Shown here: positions 8,685 to 18,460 of the stretch, piece after piece
How positions within the stretch are numbered: the stretch's first letter is position 1
How the letters are laid out: each line of letters starts with the position of its first letter
NCBI GenBank assembly: GCA_963851265.1
Contig: CAWKNZ010000007.1
Coordinates: 64,001 to 128,000, forward strand
DNA from: an uncultured Gemmatimonadales bacterium
Lineage (GTDB): Bacteria > Gemmatimonadota > Gemmatimonadetes > Gemmatimonadales > Gemmatimonadaceae
Direction: 5' to 3'
DNA: 64,000 nt
Program-made: the position numbers and the translations under genes
Notes under the pieces: model-generated
Seen by the model: the letters and a program-made list of their open reading frames with translations, nothing else
Database searches by the model: none
What the model was told of the DNA's origin: nothing

Positions 8685-10736
8685 ATGCCTCCCGCCGTTC
8701 GTCCTTTCATGCACTGGTCGATGCCGCGCGCGGTCCTGCGTCGGCGCGCGACGCTTGTCGCCGCGCTCCATCTCGGTGCCGCGACCGCTGCGTACGCGGC
8801 AGCATATGGGTTGCGCTTCGATCTCCGCGTCCCTGCCGAAGAGGGCCGGCGATTCGTCGAGACGCTCCCCCTGCTGCTCGTCGCGCGCTGGGGCGCGGTC
8901 TACGCGCTCGCCGTGCATCGTGGGTCCTGGCGACATGTGGGCCTTCGTGATCTGGGCCGCCTCCTGATCGCGGCGACAGTCGGTTCGGCGGGCTTCGCGG
9001 TCCTGCTCGCGGTGCTGGGGCAGCTCGCCCACACGCCACGGTCCGTCCTGCTCATCGACTGGATCGTCTTCCTGCTCTTCGCAGCCGGAATGCGCGTGAC
9101 GGTGCGCGGTGTGCGCGAGAACGCGTTCCGGCGCCCGGTGCGCGGTGGGCGCCGGGTGCTCGTGATCGGCGCAGGACAAGCGGGCGAGCGCTTCGTGCGG
9201 CAGATTCAGCACGAGGGCCGGGCGGACGTCTCGGTGATCGGATTCCTCGACGACGCCCCGTCCATTCAGGGACTCGTGCTGCACGGCATTCCGGTGCTCG
9301 GAACGGTCGACGCGCTGGCGAGCACGGTACGCCGGAAGCAGGCAGACCTAGTGGTGATCGCAACCCCCTCGGCATCCGGCGAACAGATGCGGCGTATCGT
9401 CGCACGCTGCTCGGAAACGCGCCTCGAGTACAAGACTGTGTTTTCGGGGCGCGAGACCGACGACGCGTTCGATCCCACGCTGCTCCCGCTTCGCGCCGTC
9501 GAGCTCGAAGATCTGCTCGGGCGCCCCCCGGTACGCCTCACGCTCGACCACGTGCAGCGTGATCTGGCAGGGCGCACTGTGCTCATCACCGGCGGGGCGG
9601 GCTCGATCGGGTCTGAGCTTGGGCGCCAGATCGCGAAATTGGCCCCGTCGCGGGTCGTGATCTTCGATCGTGCCGAGAGCCCTCTCTACTTCGCACATCT
9701 CGAGCTCACGGCGGCGTACCCGGACGTAGACGTGATCGCGGCGCTGGGCGACGTTACGGACGTCGCGCGACTCGACGGGATCGTCGGGCGGTACCGCCCC
9801 GACTACGTCTTTCACGCGGCCGCGTACAAGCACGTCCCGCTTTGCGAGGCCCACGTGCGCGAGGCCGTCCACAACAACGTGCTCGGCACCTACCGCGTGG
9901 CAGAATGCGCTGCGCGGCACGGGGTGCGGAAGATGGTGCTGATCTCGACCGACAAGGCCGTCAATCCTTCCAGTGTCATGGGTGCGACGAAGCGCCTCGC
10001 CGAGCGCCTCGTGTTGCACACGCCGGAGTTTTGCGCCGCACGCACCGAGTACCGCGTGGTGCGCTTCGGGAACGTGCTGGGCTCCGATGGCAGCGTCGTG
10101 CCTCTGTTCCGTCGCCAGCTGGCGTCCGGGGGGCCACTCACCGTCACGCACCCCGACGTGACCCGGTATTTCATGAGCATTCCTGAGGCGGTGCAACTCG
10201 TACTGCAAGCCGCAGCGGTTCCGGAGGCCTCGGGGCGGGTCGCGATGCTGGAAATGGGCGAGCCGGTGCGCATCCTTGATCTCGCCGAGCAACTCATTCG
10301 CATGTCCGGCCGGGTTCCGCACCGCGACGTGCAGATCGTCGTCACTGGACTGCGCCCCGGGGAGAAGTTGACGGAGGAGTTGGTCCGGACCACGGACGCC
10401 ATCCGTCGGACGAGTGTCGATCAGGTTTATGTCGTCGATACCGATTCGACGTCGGACGGGTCGCCCGGGAGACGGTCCGACGCGCTGTTCGACGCGCTGT
10501 TCGACGCGCTGGCATGCGGCGACGATGCGAGCATCCATGCGGCACTCCACGCGGCGGTGCCCGAGTATGCCGAGTACCACGCCTCGGCCGCGCGACCGTC
10601 GCCGGCGAGCGCGCCACACGAGGCCAACGCGTGGACGCCCGGGATGCCTATGGTCGACCCTCCATCTTCGCGTACCCAGACCGGTATCGCGCGTGCCGCG
10701 CTCGGTGTTCCACAACCCGCGATTCCCGCCGCTTGA
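8685..10736 (+). CDS. Membrane-bound NDP-sugar 4,6-dehydratase (CapD/PglF/WbpM family)
   Basis: 4 N-terminal TMs, GAGQAG, ITGGAGSIG, HAAAYKHVP, STDKAVNPSSVMGATK, RFGNVLGS, GLRPGEKL. Confidence 0.93.
   Translation: MPPAVRPFMHWSMPRAVLRRRATLVAALHLGAATAAYAAAYGLRFDLRVPAEEGRRFVETLPLLLVARWGAVYALAVHRGSWRHVGLRDLGRLLIAATVGSAGFAVLLAVLGQLAHTPRSVLLIDWIVFLLFAAGMRVTVRGVRENAFRRPVRGGRRVLVIGAGQAGERFVRQIQHEGRADVSVIGFLDDAPSIQGLVLHGIPVLGTVDALASTVRRKQADLVVIATPSASGEQMRRIVARCSETRLEYKTVFSGRETDDAFDPTLLPLRAVELEDLLGRPPVRLTLDHVQRDLAGRTVLITGGAGSIGSELGRQIAKLAPSRVVIFDRAESPLYFAHLELTAAYPDVDVIAALGDVTDVARLDGIVGRYRPDYVFHAAAYKHVPLCEAHVREAVHNNVLGTYRVAECAARHGVRKMVLISTDKAVNPSSVMGATKRLAERLVLHTPEFCAARTEYRVVRFGNVLGSDGSVVPLFRRQLASGGPLTVTHPDVTRYFMSIPEAVQLVLQAAAVPEASGRVAMLEMGEPVRILDLAEQLIRMSGRVPHRDVQIVVTGLRPGEKLTEELVRTTDAIRRTSVDQVYVVDTDSTSDGSPGRRSDALFDALFDALACGDDASIHAALHAAVPEYAEYHASAARPSPASAPHEANAWTPGMPMVDPPSSRTQTGIARAALGVPQPAIPAA
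10478..10511 (+). repeat. In-frame 12-bp tandem repeat (DALF-DALF-DAL)
   Basis: cgacgcgctgtt about 2.8 copies. Confidence 0.8.
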
Positions 10737-10779
10737 TGCACGCGCGGCACCACAGCGCGCTCCAGTTCCAGCCTCCTCG

Positions 10780-13224
10780 ATGACGCAGCTCACGATCGCC
10801 CCACTCCAGCCCCCGCGGCCGACCTCGAACGGGCACTTCCTTTCGGGCGCGCCTGATCCCCGACTGCCACTTGCCACGAAGGAGACGACGCTCGGTCCGG
10901 AGCAACTGCTGCGGGCCGTGCGTCGCCGCTGGTGGGCCATCGTCCTCGGGGGTACCATCGGCGCCGGTGGAGCGCTCGCGTGGGCCTTCGCGAGCGGTCC
11001 GGCGTACTTGGGCACGGCGCTCGTGCAGCTCGCGCCGGCGCGGGAGAACCTGACCGAAGGGCTGGCAGGGCGGGATGGGAACACGGGGGACCGGAGCGCG
11101 GCCCTACTCGGCCTTCCTCCCGTCGACATGATTCGCGGGCGGGCGGTCGTGGGTGCGGTAGTGGACAGCGAACCGCTCGGTCTGCGCGTGATTGCGGAGG
11201 GATTTCCGTCGACGTCGCTGCGGGACGTCGCGCTTGCCCCCGACGCGGGCACCGGGTTCTCCATTCCACTCACCTTCACACCGGTTGGCGTGATCGTGGC
11301 GGGGCGTCCGCCCGCCGTGCCGTACGGGCAGGGCATCACAGTCGGACCGCTGCGTTTCGTGGTCGGCGCGCGGCCGGAACTGCGCGCCGTCCGGAGTACG
11401 TCGGGCATCGCCGTGCGGCCGCGGGACGCGACCGTAAAGCAGGTGTCGACCCGACTGCTCGTGCGTGCACGCGGCCAGTCGTCGCTGACCGAGATCAACT
11501 ACGCCTCACCCGATCCCGGTCTGGCTCGTCGGGTCGTGAACCGCGCGGCTCTGGCGTTTCAGGCCATCGCTGCCCAGAGTGTGCAGCAGCAGGTGCGACG
11601 CCGGCGGGCGTTCATCGAAGAGCAGATCGCACGTGTGGACAGCCAGACGACCGCCGCCGCCGCCGCGCTAAGCGGGTTCCGCACGCGCGTGCAGGCGTTC
11701 AGCGCGGCCGAAAAATTCACGGGTCAAGAGCGGGATCTCCTCGATTTGCAGACGAAGGAGCGCGACCTCCGCACGAGTCGGCAGGCGGCCCAACGGCTGC
11801 TCGATCAGTTCGAATCGAACGAGCCGGGCGTGCGCGCCGGAGCGTCCCGGATGCTCGGATCGACGAGTGGGTTGAGCACCAACCCCGTGACCGCGGCGCT
11901 GGTCACGAAGCTGGCCGGGTACGAGGCCCAGCGAATCGAACTGACGAGTGGGCCGGGCGGCTACACGACCGCGCATCCGGACGTGATTCGCGAGGATGCC
12001 CTGATCGCCGCGACGGAGGCGGCGCTCATCAACTCGCTCCGGTCTCAGGCCTCGGTGCTCGATTTGCAGTTGCGTGACGTCGAAGCGCAACGCGTCGCGC
12101 GCGAACGCGAGCTGAGCCTGTTGCCTGGCGCGAACGCGGAAGAGTCGCAGCTGCTGCAGAATCTGACCGTGCTGCGGGACCAGGGCACCGTACTCCGCGG
12201 CGAGTTCCAGAAGGCGCGGATCGCGGAGGCGGTCGCCGTCGGACCCGTCGAGATCGTCGAGCTCGAGTCGCACCCCACGAGCGTCCCACGGACCGACGCG
12301 CGGGTCATCATCGTCGCGACGCTGCTCGGCCTCGGGCTCGGGGCCGTGGCAGCCGTTGCCCCCGCCTTGTTCGAGGGCGGCCTGCGCCGCCGCGTCGACG
12401 TAGAGGGGGCCCTCGGGCTTCCCGTGCTCGCCACCGTTTCCCGGCTGGAGCATGCGCTCGCGCCGCAGCGGCCGTGGCGTGCCGCGTTGGCGCACGACAC
12501 GGATCGGATGCACGCGGACACCGCGCGACGACGCGCCGTCGCGCTCGCGACGCTGGACGTCGACACGCAGCCGGGGGCTGAAGCGTACCGGCGCCTCCGT
12601 GCGGCACTCTTCTCGACCCGCTACAGCGCGGCGCCGCGCTGTCTGCTCGTCACCAGCGCTGGCGCGTGCGAGGGCAAGACGTCGGTGGCCGTCAACTTGG
12701 CGACCTCGCTCGCCCAACAGGGTCAACGCGTCCTGCTCATCGACGGCGACATGCGGGACGCCAAACTGCATCGCATTCTCAACCTCTCGCTGGTGCCAGG
12801 GTTCAGCGACGTGCTGCTCGGGCGAAACGAACCCACCGACGGGGTGGTCCAACAGGGCGCGATCGGCGGGCTGTTCGTGCTCACGGCCGGCGCGCCGAGC
12901 CTCGCCGCGTCGGACCTGCTCGGCACACACCGCATGCGCGTCGTGCTGAACGACTACATCCGCGCGTTCGACGCGGTGATCATCGATTCGTCGCCGGTGC
13001 TCGCGGTTGCCGACGCGACGGTGCTCGGCGCGCAGGTGGACGCGGTGCTCGTGGTGGTCCGGGCCGGGCAGACGACTGCCGCCGAGCTGGGCGAGGCGGT
13101 CCGGCAGCTCACGCAGGCTGGCGCATCGCTCGCCGGGGCCGTGTTCAACGATCCCGACGGCAAGGCCGAGGACGAGCGCCGCGCCGGGTATTACTCCTAC
13201 GCCACGTCGATGGCCCAGCCGTAA
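10780..13224 (+). CDS. wzc: Polysaccharide co-polymerase / BY-kinase (Wzc)
   Basis: Two TMs flanking a coiled-coil periplasmic region (YTTAHPDV); Walker A EGKTS, A' LLIDGDMR, B IIDSSP; C-terminal Tyr cluster GYYSY. Confidence 0.92.
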   Translation: MTQLTIAPLQPPRPTSNGHFLSGAPDPRLPLATKETTLGPEQLLRAVRRRWWAIVLGGTIGAGGALAWAFASGPAYLGTALVQLAPARENLTEGLAGRDGNTGDRSAALLGLPPVDMIRGRAVVGAVVDSEPLGLRVIAEGFPSTSLRDVALAPDAGTGFSIPLTFTPVGVIVAGRPPAVPYGQGITVGPLRFVVGARPELRAVRSTSGIAVRPRDATVKQVSTRLLVRARGQSSLTEINYASPDPGLARRVVNRAALAFQAIAAQSVQQQVRRRRAFIEEQIARVDSQTTAAAAALSGFRTRVQAFSAAEKFTGQERDLLDLQTKERDLRTSRQAAQRLLDQFESNEPGVRAGASRMLGSTSGLSTNPVTAALVTKLAGYEAQRIELTSGPGGYTTAHPDVIREDALIAATEAALINSLRSQASVLDLQLRDVEAQRVARERELSLLPGANAEESQLLQNLTVLRDQGTVLRGEFQKARIAEAVAVGPVEIVELESHPTSVPRTDARVIIVATLLGLGLGAVAAVAPALFEGGLRRRVDVEGALGLPVLATVSRLEHALAPQRPWRAALAHDTDRMHADTARRRAVALATLDVDTQPGAEAYRRLRAALFSTRYSAAPRCLLVTSAGACEGKTSVAVNLATSLAQQGQRVLLIDGDMRDAKLHRILNLSLVPGFSDVLLGRNEPTDGVVQQGAIGGLFVLTAGAPSLAASDLLGTHRMRVVLNDYIRAFDAVIIDSSPVLAVADATVLGAQVDAVLVVVRAGQTTAAELGEAVRQLTQAGASLAGAVFNDPDGKAEDERRAGYYSYATSMAQP

Positions 13225-13252
13225 GGACGTCGTTCGCTCACGGGCGCGTCGC

Positions 13253-13936
13253 TTACCGCGGTTCCGGCGTGTCCGCGGGCGCGAGGCGCGCCACCGGGCG
13301 TCGCCCGCGCGCCGCGGTACGGCGGCGCGTGACGGTGAGCGCGTGGAGGGTCTGCGCGATCACGAGCGCGTCCCGGAGCACGGTCGCGCTCCGCGCGTGC
13401 TCGAGGTTGAGGCGGATCTTCTCGGGCATGATGTGCGTGACGTAGACCGATTCGGGGTCGGCGGCCGCTGCGAGCTCGTGCTCCTCGTCGAGGTAGCGGA
13501 GCGACGCGGGATCCGTGACGCCCGGCAGCAGGTCGAGCACGCGGCGCTCGTCCGCGGAATAGCGGTCCACGTAGCGCGTGACCTCGGGGCGCGGCCCAAC
13601 GAGGCTCATCTCGCCAACGATCACGTTCCACAACTGCGGGAGCTCGTCGAGCTTCGTGCGTCGCAGCCACGCACCCACGCGTGTTACGCGCACGTCGCCC
13701 GCCACCGTGAGCAAGGGACCGAGCCGCTCCGCGTTGGGCACCATACTCCGGAACTTCCACATGCGGAACGTCCGGCCGCCACGGCCGACGCGAATCTGCC
13801 GGAAGATCACCGGACCGCCGTCGGCGCGCACGGCGACCGCGATCGCGACGAGGACCGGCGCAAGCACCACCGTACCGGCGATGCTCGCCGTGAGATCGAA
13901 CGCGCGCTTCGCGGCCGCGTGGATGCCGTGGGGCAC
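13253..13936 (-). CDS. Initiating phosphoglycosyl transferase (small PglC-type sugar transferase)
   Basis: KRAFD, FRQIRVG, KFRSM, DELPQLWNV, GEMSLVGPRP. Confidence 0.93.
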   Translation of the reverse strand: MPHGIHAAAKRAFDLTASIAGTVVLAPVLVAIAVAVRADGGPVIFRQIRVGRGGRTFRMWKFRSMVPNAERLGPLLTVAGDVRVTRVGAWLRRTKLDELPQLWNVIVGEMSLVGPRPEVTRYVDRYSADERRVLDLLPGVTDPASLRYLDEEHELAAAADPESVYVTHIMPEKIRLNLEHARSATVLRDALVIAQTLHALTVTRRRTAARGRRPVARLAPADTPEPR

Positions 13937-13945
13937 GCGACGCGT

Positions 13946-15274
13946 TTACCGCGCGAAGGTGTGGGCCACGTCCAGGACCGCGTCGATCACGTCGTTGACG
14001 TCTTCGTCGCTCATCCGCGGGTTGAGCGGGAGGGACAGCATCCGCTCGAACGCGTCGAATGCGACTGGGAAGTCGTTCGGGACGAACCCGTATCGCGTGC
14101 GGTAGTACGGGTGTAGGTGAATCGGGATGAAGTGCACCGACGTCCCGATGTTACGTGCCGTGAGCTCATCGATCACGCGGTCGCGTCCGATCGAGAGCGC
14201 GCCGGGGCGCAGTCTGAGCACGTAGAGATGCCACGCGTGCTCCACGTGCGCGCGCGCGGTCGGCGTCTCCAGCGCGGGGTGCTCACCGAACGCACTCTGG
14301 TACGCCGCAACGATCGCTCGCCGCCGGGTCTGGAATGCGTCGAGCTTGCAGAGCTGACACAACCCGATCGACGCCTGGATGTCGCTCATGTTGTACTTGA
14401 ACCCAGGCATCAACACGTCGTACCGCCAACTTGAGCCCTTGTCGTATCGGCGCCACGCATCGCGGCTCATCCCGTGCAAACTCACCACGCGCGCCTGGTC
14501 GAGAAACGGTGCGCTGCCCGTCAGCATCCCGCCCTCGCCGGTGGTCAGGTTCTTGGTCGCGTAGAAGCTGAACGACACGGGATTCGCGCCGGCGCCGATG
14601 CGCACGCCCCGGTACCGTGCCGGAAGCGCATGGGCAGCATCCTCGAGCAGCAGCGACCCGTGAATCGCCGCGAGTTCGCGCAGTGGATCCAACTCCGCCG
14701 GATGCCCCGCGTAGTGGACGGGGATGATGGCGCGCGTCCGCGGCGTGAGGGCTCGCGCCACGGCGGACGGATCGATGTTCAACGTGTCCGGCTCGACGTC
14801 GACCAGCACGGGGCGCGCGCCCACGTGTTCGATCACGTTCACCGACGCCGCGAAGGTCATCGGCGTCGTGATCACCTCGTCGCCCGGGCCCACGCCCCAC
14901 GTGATGAGCGCCGTGTGCAGTCCCGCCGTGCACGAGTTGAGTGCGACGGCCGACGGGGCACCCAGATAATCCGCGAAGCGCTCCGCGAATCCCCGCGCCT
15001 TGGGCCCCGTACTCAGCCAATCCGAGCGCAACGTGTCGATCACCGCTTCGATCTCTTCCTCACCGACGCATGGCGGCGAGAAGGAGAGGAACTCACGCCG
15101 CTGGTGCCGCGTCGTCGGCATCAGCGTGAGCGGCGCCGGCTGCGCCAGCGTCGTGGCCGGCGTCAGCGTCAGCGGGGCGTGACGGAAGGGACTCGTGCGT
15201 GTGGGGAGGACCACGGCAGGGGCGGGTGGCAGGACGTCGAGCGCGTCGGGCGCGGGGAGCGCCACCTCCTGCAT
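13946..15274 (-). CDS. DegT/DnrJ/EryC1/StrS sugar aminotransferase
   Basis: EDAAHA, SFYATKNLTTGEGG (PLP Lys), GFKYNMSD; start could be further downstream. Confidence 0.93.
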   Translation of the reverse strand: MQEVALPAPDALDVLPPAPAVVLPTRTSPFRHAPLTLTPATTLAQPAPLTLMPTTRHQRREFLSFSPPCVGEEEIEAVIDTLRSDWLSTGPKARGFAERFADYLGAPSAVALNSCTAGLHTALITWGVGPGDEVITTPMTFAASVNVIEHVGARPVLVDVEPDTLNIDPSAVARALTPRTRAIIPVHYAGHPAELDPLRELAAIHGSLLLEDAAHALPARYRGVRIGAGANPVSFSFYATKNLTTGEGGMLTGSAPFLDQARVVSLHGMSRDAWRRYDKGSSWRYDVLMPGFKYNMSDIQASIGLCQLCKLDAFQTRRRAIVAAYQSAFGEHPALETPTARAHVEHAWHLYVLRLRPGALSIGRDRVIDELTARNIGTSVHFIPIHLHPYYRTRYGFVPNDFPVAFDAFERMLSLPLNPRMSDEDVNDVIDAVLDVAHTFAR

Positions 15275-15314
15275 CCTGCAGATGCCATGCGCGATCCGGT
15301 ACCCTGCGAGCTGC

Positions 15315-15344
15315 GCCTAACCCTATTCACTGCACGCTGTTACG
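15315..15344 (-). promoter_or_regulatory. Recurrent motif copy 2 (CGTAAC-N17-GTTAG)
   Basis: Plus strand GCCTAAC-N18-TTACG, about 40 nt upstream of the aminotransferase start. Confidence 0.5.
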
Positions 15345-15434
15345 AAACGTGGGAACGTCGACGGCCCGCGACGACGATCGCGCCGTGTGGTGCCGCGCTT
15401 ACACGTTCGTGCGTGGCGCGCGCAGATCGCGCGC

Positions 15435-17351
15435 TCAGTCGACGACGTGCGCCGGCGTGCCGGCTGCGCGCGCGCTCGGCACGGTCCCGACGTGCGGGCC
15501 GGTGACACAGGCGCCGTGCCACAGCTGCACCATCATCAACTGGCGGACCAACGCGTCATCGATCGCGTCGGCCGTCCCGCGCCCGTCCAGCATGCGCGAG
15601 ACGACGGTGCGCACGGCGCGGCGCTCGAAGGGTCCATCGAGCACCACGGCGCAGTCGGGCAGCGATTCGGCCACGGCGCGCAACGCGGGGATACGGCGCA
15701 GGTAGCGGGCCCATGGCACGCCGAAACCCCACTTTCGCCCGGCCAGTACGTCGGGCGGTAGGCGGTCGCCAAGGCTGTCGCGCAGTAGGCGCTTGTTCCG
15801 CCGCATCGAGAGCAGCTGCGCGGTCGGCATCGCGGCGAGGCCTTCGACGAGCCGGTGATCGAGGAACGGTTCGCGGCACTCGATCGATGCACCCATGGTC
15901 ATGCGATCGTTGCGGTCCAGTAGCGAACAGAGGAACGTATGTTGGTCACTGTACATCGCCTGCCGTACCGGCTCGCCCGCATACACCCGTCCCGCGTCGG
16001 CCATTACGGTTTCACGGTAGGGGAACGACGCCGCGGTATGCACGCCAAGCCGCGCGAGATCCATGGGGAGGACCTCGCACGCATTGAAGAGTACCGCGGC
16101 GTCGCGCGCGTCCATGCGCAGCAGCCGCTCGAGCTTGCGACCGCGCGGCGGCAGCGGCACGCCACGCGGGAGCAGCGGCACCGCCGCACGGGCGACCGCG
16201 AGGAGGCGAGGATGCTGCAGCGGGCGGTAGCGCACGTACCCACCGAGGGTCTCGTCGGCGCCTTCCCCCGAGAGCAACACCGTCACGTGTGGACGGGCGT
16301 ACGCCGACAGCGCTTCGATGTGTAGCTCGTTGCCGTGCGCGAGCGGCTCGTCGTTGAGCCACGACGCGCGCGTGAGGCGCGGCAACAGTTCGTCGGCGGC
16401 GACGGTCAGCTCGTGTCCTGACAACCCGGAACGCGCGACCACCTGCCGCGCCAGCGCCGTCTCGTCGTACGCCGCGTCCTCGAATGCCACGGTGAAGCTG
16501 GCCACGCCCGATCCGGCCTGCTTGGCGAGCGACGCAGCGATCGTACCCGAATCCAACCCACCGCTCAACAGCACGCCCACCGGCACGTCACTGATGCGCC
16601 GCAGGCCGATGGAGCTATCGAACGTGTCGCGGTACCACCGCACCGGATCCGGATCCGGCTCGCGCGTCGCGGCGGCGGCGGAGAGGGTCCACCAGCGCCG
16701 CGTGACGAGCGTGCCGCTGCGCCACGTCAGCCAGTGTCCGGGCAGCAGGCGTCGCACCCCGGCGAAAGGCGTCCGCTCGCCCGCAACATACCGGAAGCAG
16801 AGGAGTTCGTCCCATGTCGTGGCATCGAACGTCGCGGGCACGCCGCCCGCGAACAGCGCCTTCTGCTCCGACGCGAAGTGCAGCGCCCCCTCGTGCACCG
16901 CGAAGTAAAGCGGCTTGACGCCGAGCCGGTCGCGTGCGACGAAGAGGGCGTGCTCGCGCCTGTCCCAAATCGCGAATGCGAACATTCCGTTGAGGCGGGG
17001 CAGCATCGCCGCGCCTTCGTCTGCGTACAACGCGAGCAACACCTCGGTGTCAGTCGTCGACCGGAAGGTGTAGCCCCGTCCGCGCAGCGTTTCGCGCAAC
17101 TCGCCGGCGTTGTAAACCTCGCCGTTGTATACGATCGTGTAGCGACCGTCGGCCGTCTGCATCGGCATGTGCCCACGCGGTGACAGGTCGACGATGGCGA
17201 GGCGCCGCGACCCCAGTCCGACGCCGGGCGCCACGAAAGTGCCCGCGTCGTCGGGTCCACGATGTGCGATCGCGGCGCACATGCGCCTTACGGACGCCGC
17301 GTCCGGCGTCCGGGTCAGCTCGTGGAGGGCCACGCCGGCGAGGCCACACAT
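15435..17351 (-). CDS. asnB: Asparagine synthase-like glutamine amidotransferase (glycan amidation)
   Basis: N-terminal MCG, HRGPD, NGEVYN, RDRLGVKPLY, LSGGLDS, SGEGADE, REPFLD. Confidence 0.93.
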   Translation of the reverse strand: MCGLAGVALHELTRTPDAASVRRMCAAIAHRGPDDAGTFVAPGVGLGSRRLAIVDLSPRGHMPMQTADGRYTIVYNGEVYNAGELRETLRGRGYTFRSTTDTEVLLALYADEGAAMLPRLNGMFAFAIWDRREHALFVARDRLGVKPLYFAVHEGALHFASEQKALFAGGVPATFDATTWDELLCFRYVAGERTPFAGVRRLLPGHWLTWRSGTLVTRRWWTLSAAAATREPDPDPVRWYRDTFDSSIGLRRISDVPVGVLLSGGLDSGTIAASLAKQAGSGVASFTVAFEDAAYDETALARQVVARSGLSGHELTVAADELLPRLTRASWLNDEPLAHGNELHIEALSAYARPHVTVLLSGEGADETLGGYVRYRPLQHPRLLAVARAAVPLLPRGVPLPPRGRKLERLLRMDARDAAVLFNACEVLPMDLARLGVHTAASFPYRETVMADAGRVYAGEPVRQAMYSDQHTFLCSLLDRNDRMTMGASIECREPFLDHRLVEGLAAMPTAQLLSMRRNKRLLRDSLGDRLPPDVLAGRKWGFGVPWARYLRRIPALRAVAESLPDCAVVLDGPFERRAVRTVVSRMLDGRGTADAIDDALVRQLMMVQLWHGACVTGPHVGTVPSARAAGTPAHVVD

Positions 17352-18451
17352 CAGGTGCGCGCGAACTCGTCGAACAGCTGGTCCCACTGGGGCGCGACGC
17401 TGCTCCACGCCGAGCGATGCGCGAGTGCGCGCCCATTCGCCGACAGTCGTCCGGCGAGCACCGGATCGGCGAGCATGCGCAGCACGGCCGTCGCCATCGC
17501 GTCGGCATCGCCCGCCGGCACCAGCAGCGCGGTCTCGCCGTCGCGCACCAGATGGCGCAAGCCACCAACGTCGGTGGCGACGATCGGCAACCCCATCGCG
17601 GCCGCCTCGATCACGCTCACCGGGGCGTTGTCGATGCGGTTGGTATTCAGGAACACGTCGGCCGCACACCCCTCGCGGATCTTCCCGGGGTGATCAAGGA
17701 AGCCCGCGAAGCGCACTGCGCCCGTCAATCCCAGCGCGCGCGCCTCGGCCTGCACCGAGGGCCCGAGCCCCTTTTCCTGCCCGGCCATGACGAGCGTCGC
17801 ATCGGGATACACGCGGCGTACGCGGTGGAGCACGTGCAGCGCGAGCGCAGGGTCGTAGAGTGGGTGGAACGCCCGCATCCAGAACAGCCGCGGCTCGAGG
17901 TGGGTGCGGTGGCGGTACGGGTATGGAGCGAGATCGACGATGTTCGGAATGACGCGGGTTGCGAATCCGTGCACGCGCAGCGCATCGGCGAGGAACGCCG
18001 ATGGGGCGACGATCGCGTCGGCCCGGCGCAGCACGCGCCGGGTCCACCGCGGAAAGCGCTGAATGAACGTCGGCATCGCGCCGCCGTGCACGTGCAGCAC
18101 GATGCGAAGCCCACACGCGCGGGCGAGCCGGCTCGCAACGTCCTCGATGACGAAGCTCGGGCCACAGAACGTCTGCAGCACGATGACGTCCGCCGTGCGT
18201 CGGCTCGCGATGACCGTCGCCGCGATGTCGACGAGGCGCCGGTAGCGGTTAGGCGCGCCGGACGCGGTGTGCACGCTGTAGCCACGTCCCGCCAGTGCGG
18301 CCGCCAGGATCTCGCCCTGGGTCGTGACGTATCCGGGGTTACACCCGACCATGGGCCCAAGGATGCAGAGGCGCGGGGGCGGTCGTCGTGGAGCAACCGA
18401 CGGGATGGCCGCGGTAACACGCGGCGCGACGTCGCGCGGGAGTGTTGTCAT
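17351..18451 (-). CDS. GT4 glycosyltransferase
   Basis: GT-B C-terminal DNAPVSVIEAAAMGLPIVATDVGG. Confidence 0.9.
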   Translation of the reverse strand: MTTLPRDVAPRVTAAIPSVAPRRPPPRLCILGPMVGCNPGYVTTQGEILAAALAGRGYSVHTASGAPNRYRRLVDIAATVIASRRTADVIVLQTFCGPSFVIEDVASRLARACGLRIVLHVHGGAMPTFIQRFPRWTRRVLRRADAIVAPSAFLADALRVHGFATRVIPNIVDLAPYPYRHRTHLEPRLFWMRAFHPLYDPALALHVLHRVRRVYPDATLVMAGQEKGLGPSVQAEARALGLTGAVRFAGFLDHPGKIREGCAADVFLNTNRIDNAPVSVIEAAAMGLPIVATDVGGLRHLVRDGETALLVPAGDADAMATAVLRMLADPVLAGRLSANGRALAHRSAWSSVAPQWDQLFDEFART

Positions 18452-18460
18452 CCGGCGGTC

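Noticed and set aside
9348..11498. Long antisense ORFs (also 295-2139, 17180-18763, 19657-21351, 27367-28917, 50486-52603)
   Set aside because: They are shadow or alternative frames of well-supported genes, Arg/Ala/Pro-rich with no motifs, as expected at high GC
15100..15190. Repeat APLTLTP/APLTLMP at the N-terminus of the DegT protein
   Set aside because: It is a short imperfect duplication in a probably disordered extension and may lie upstream of the true start
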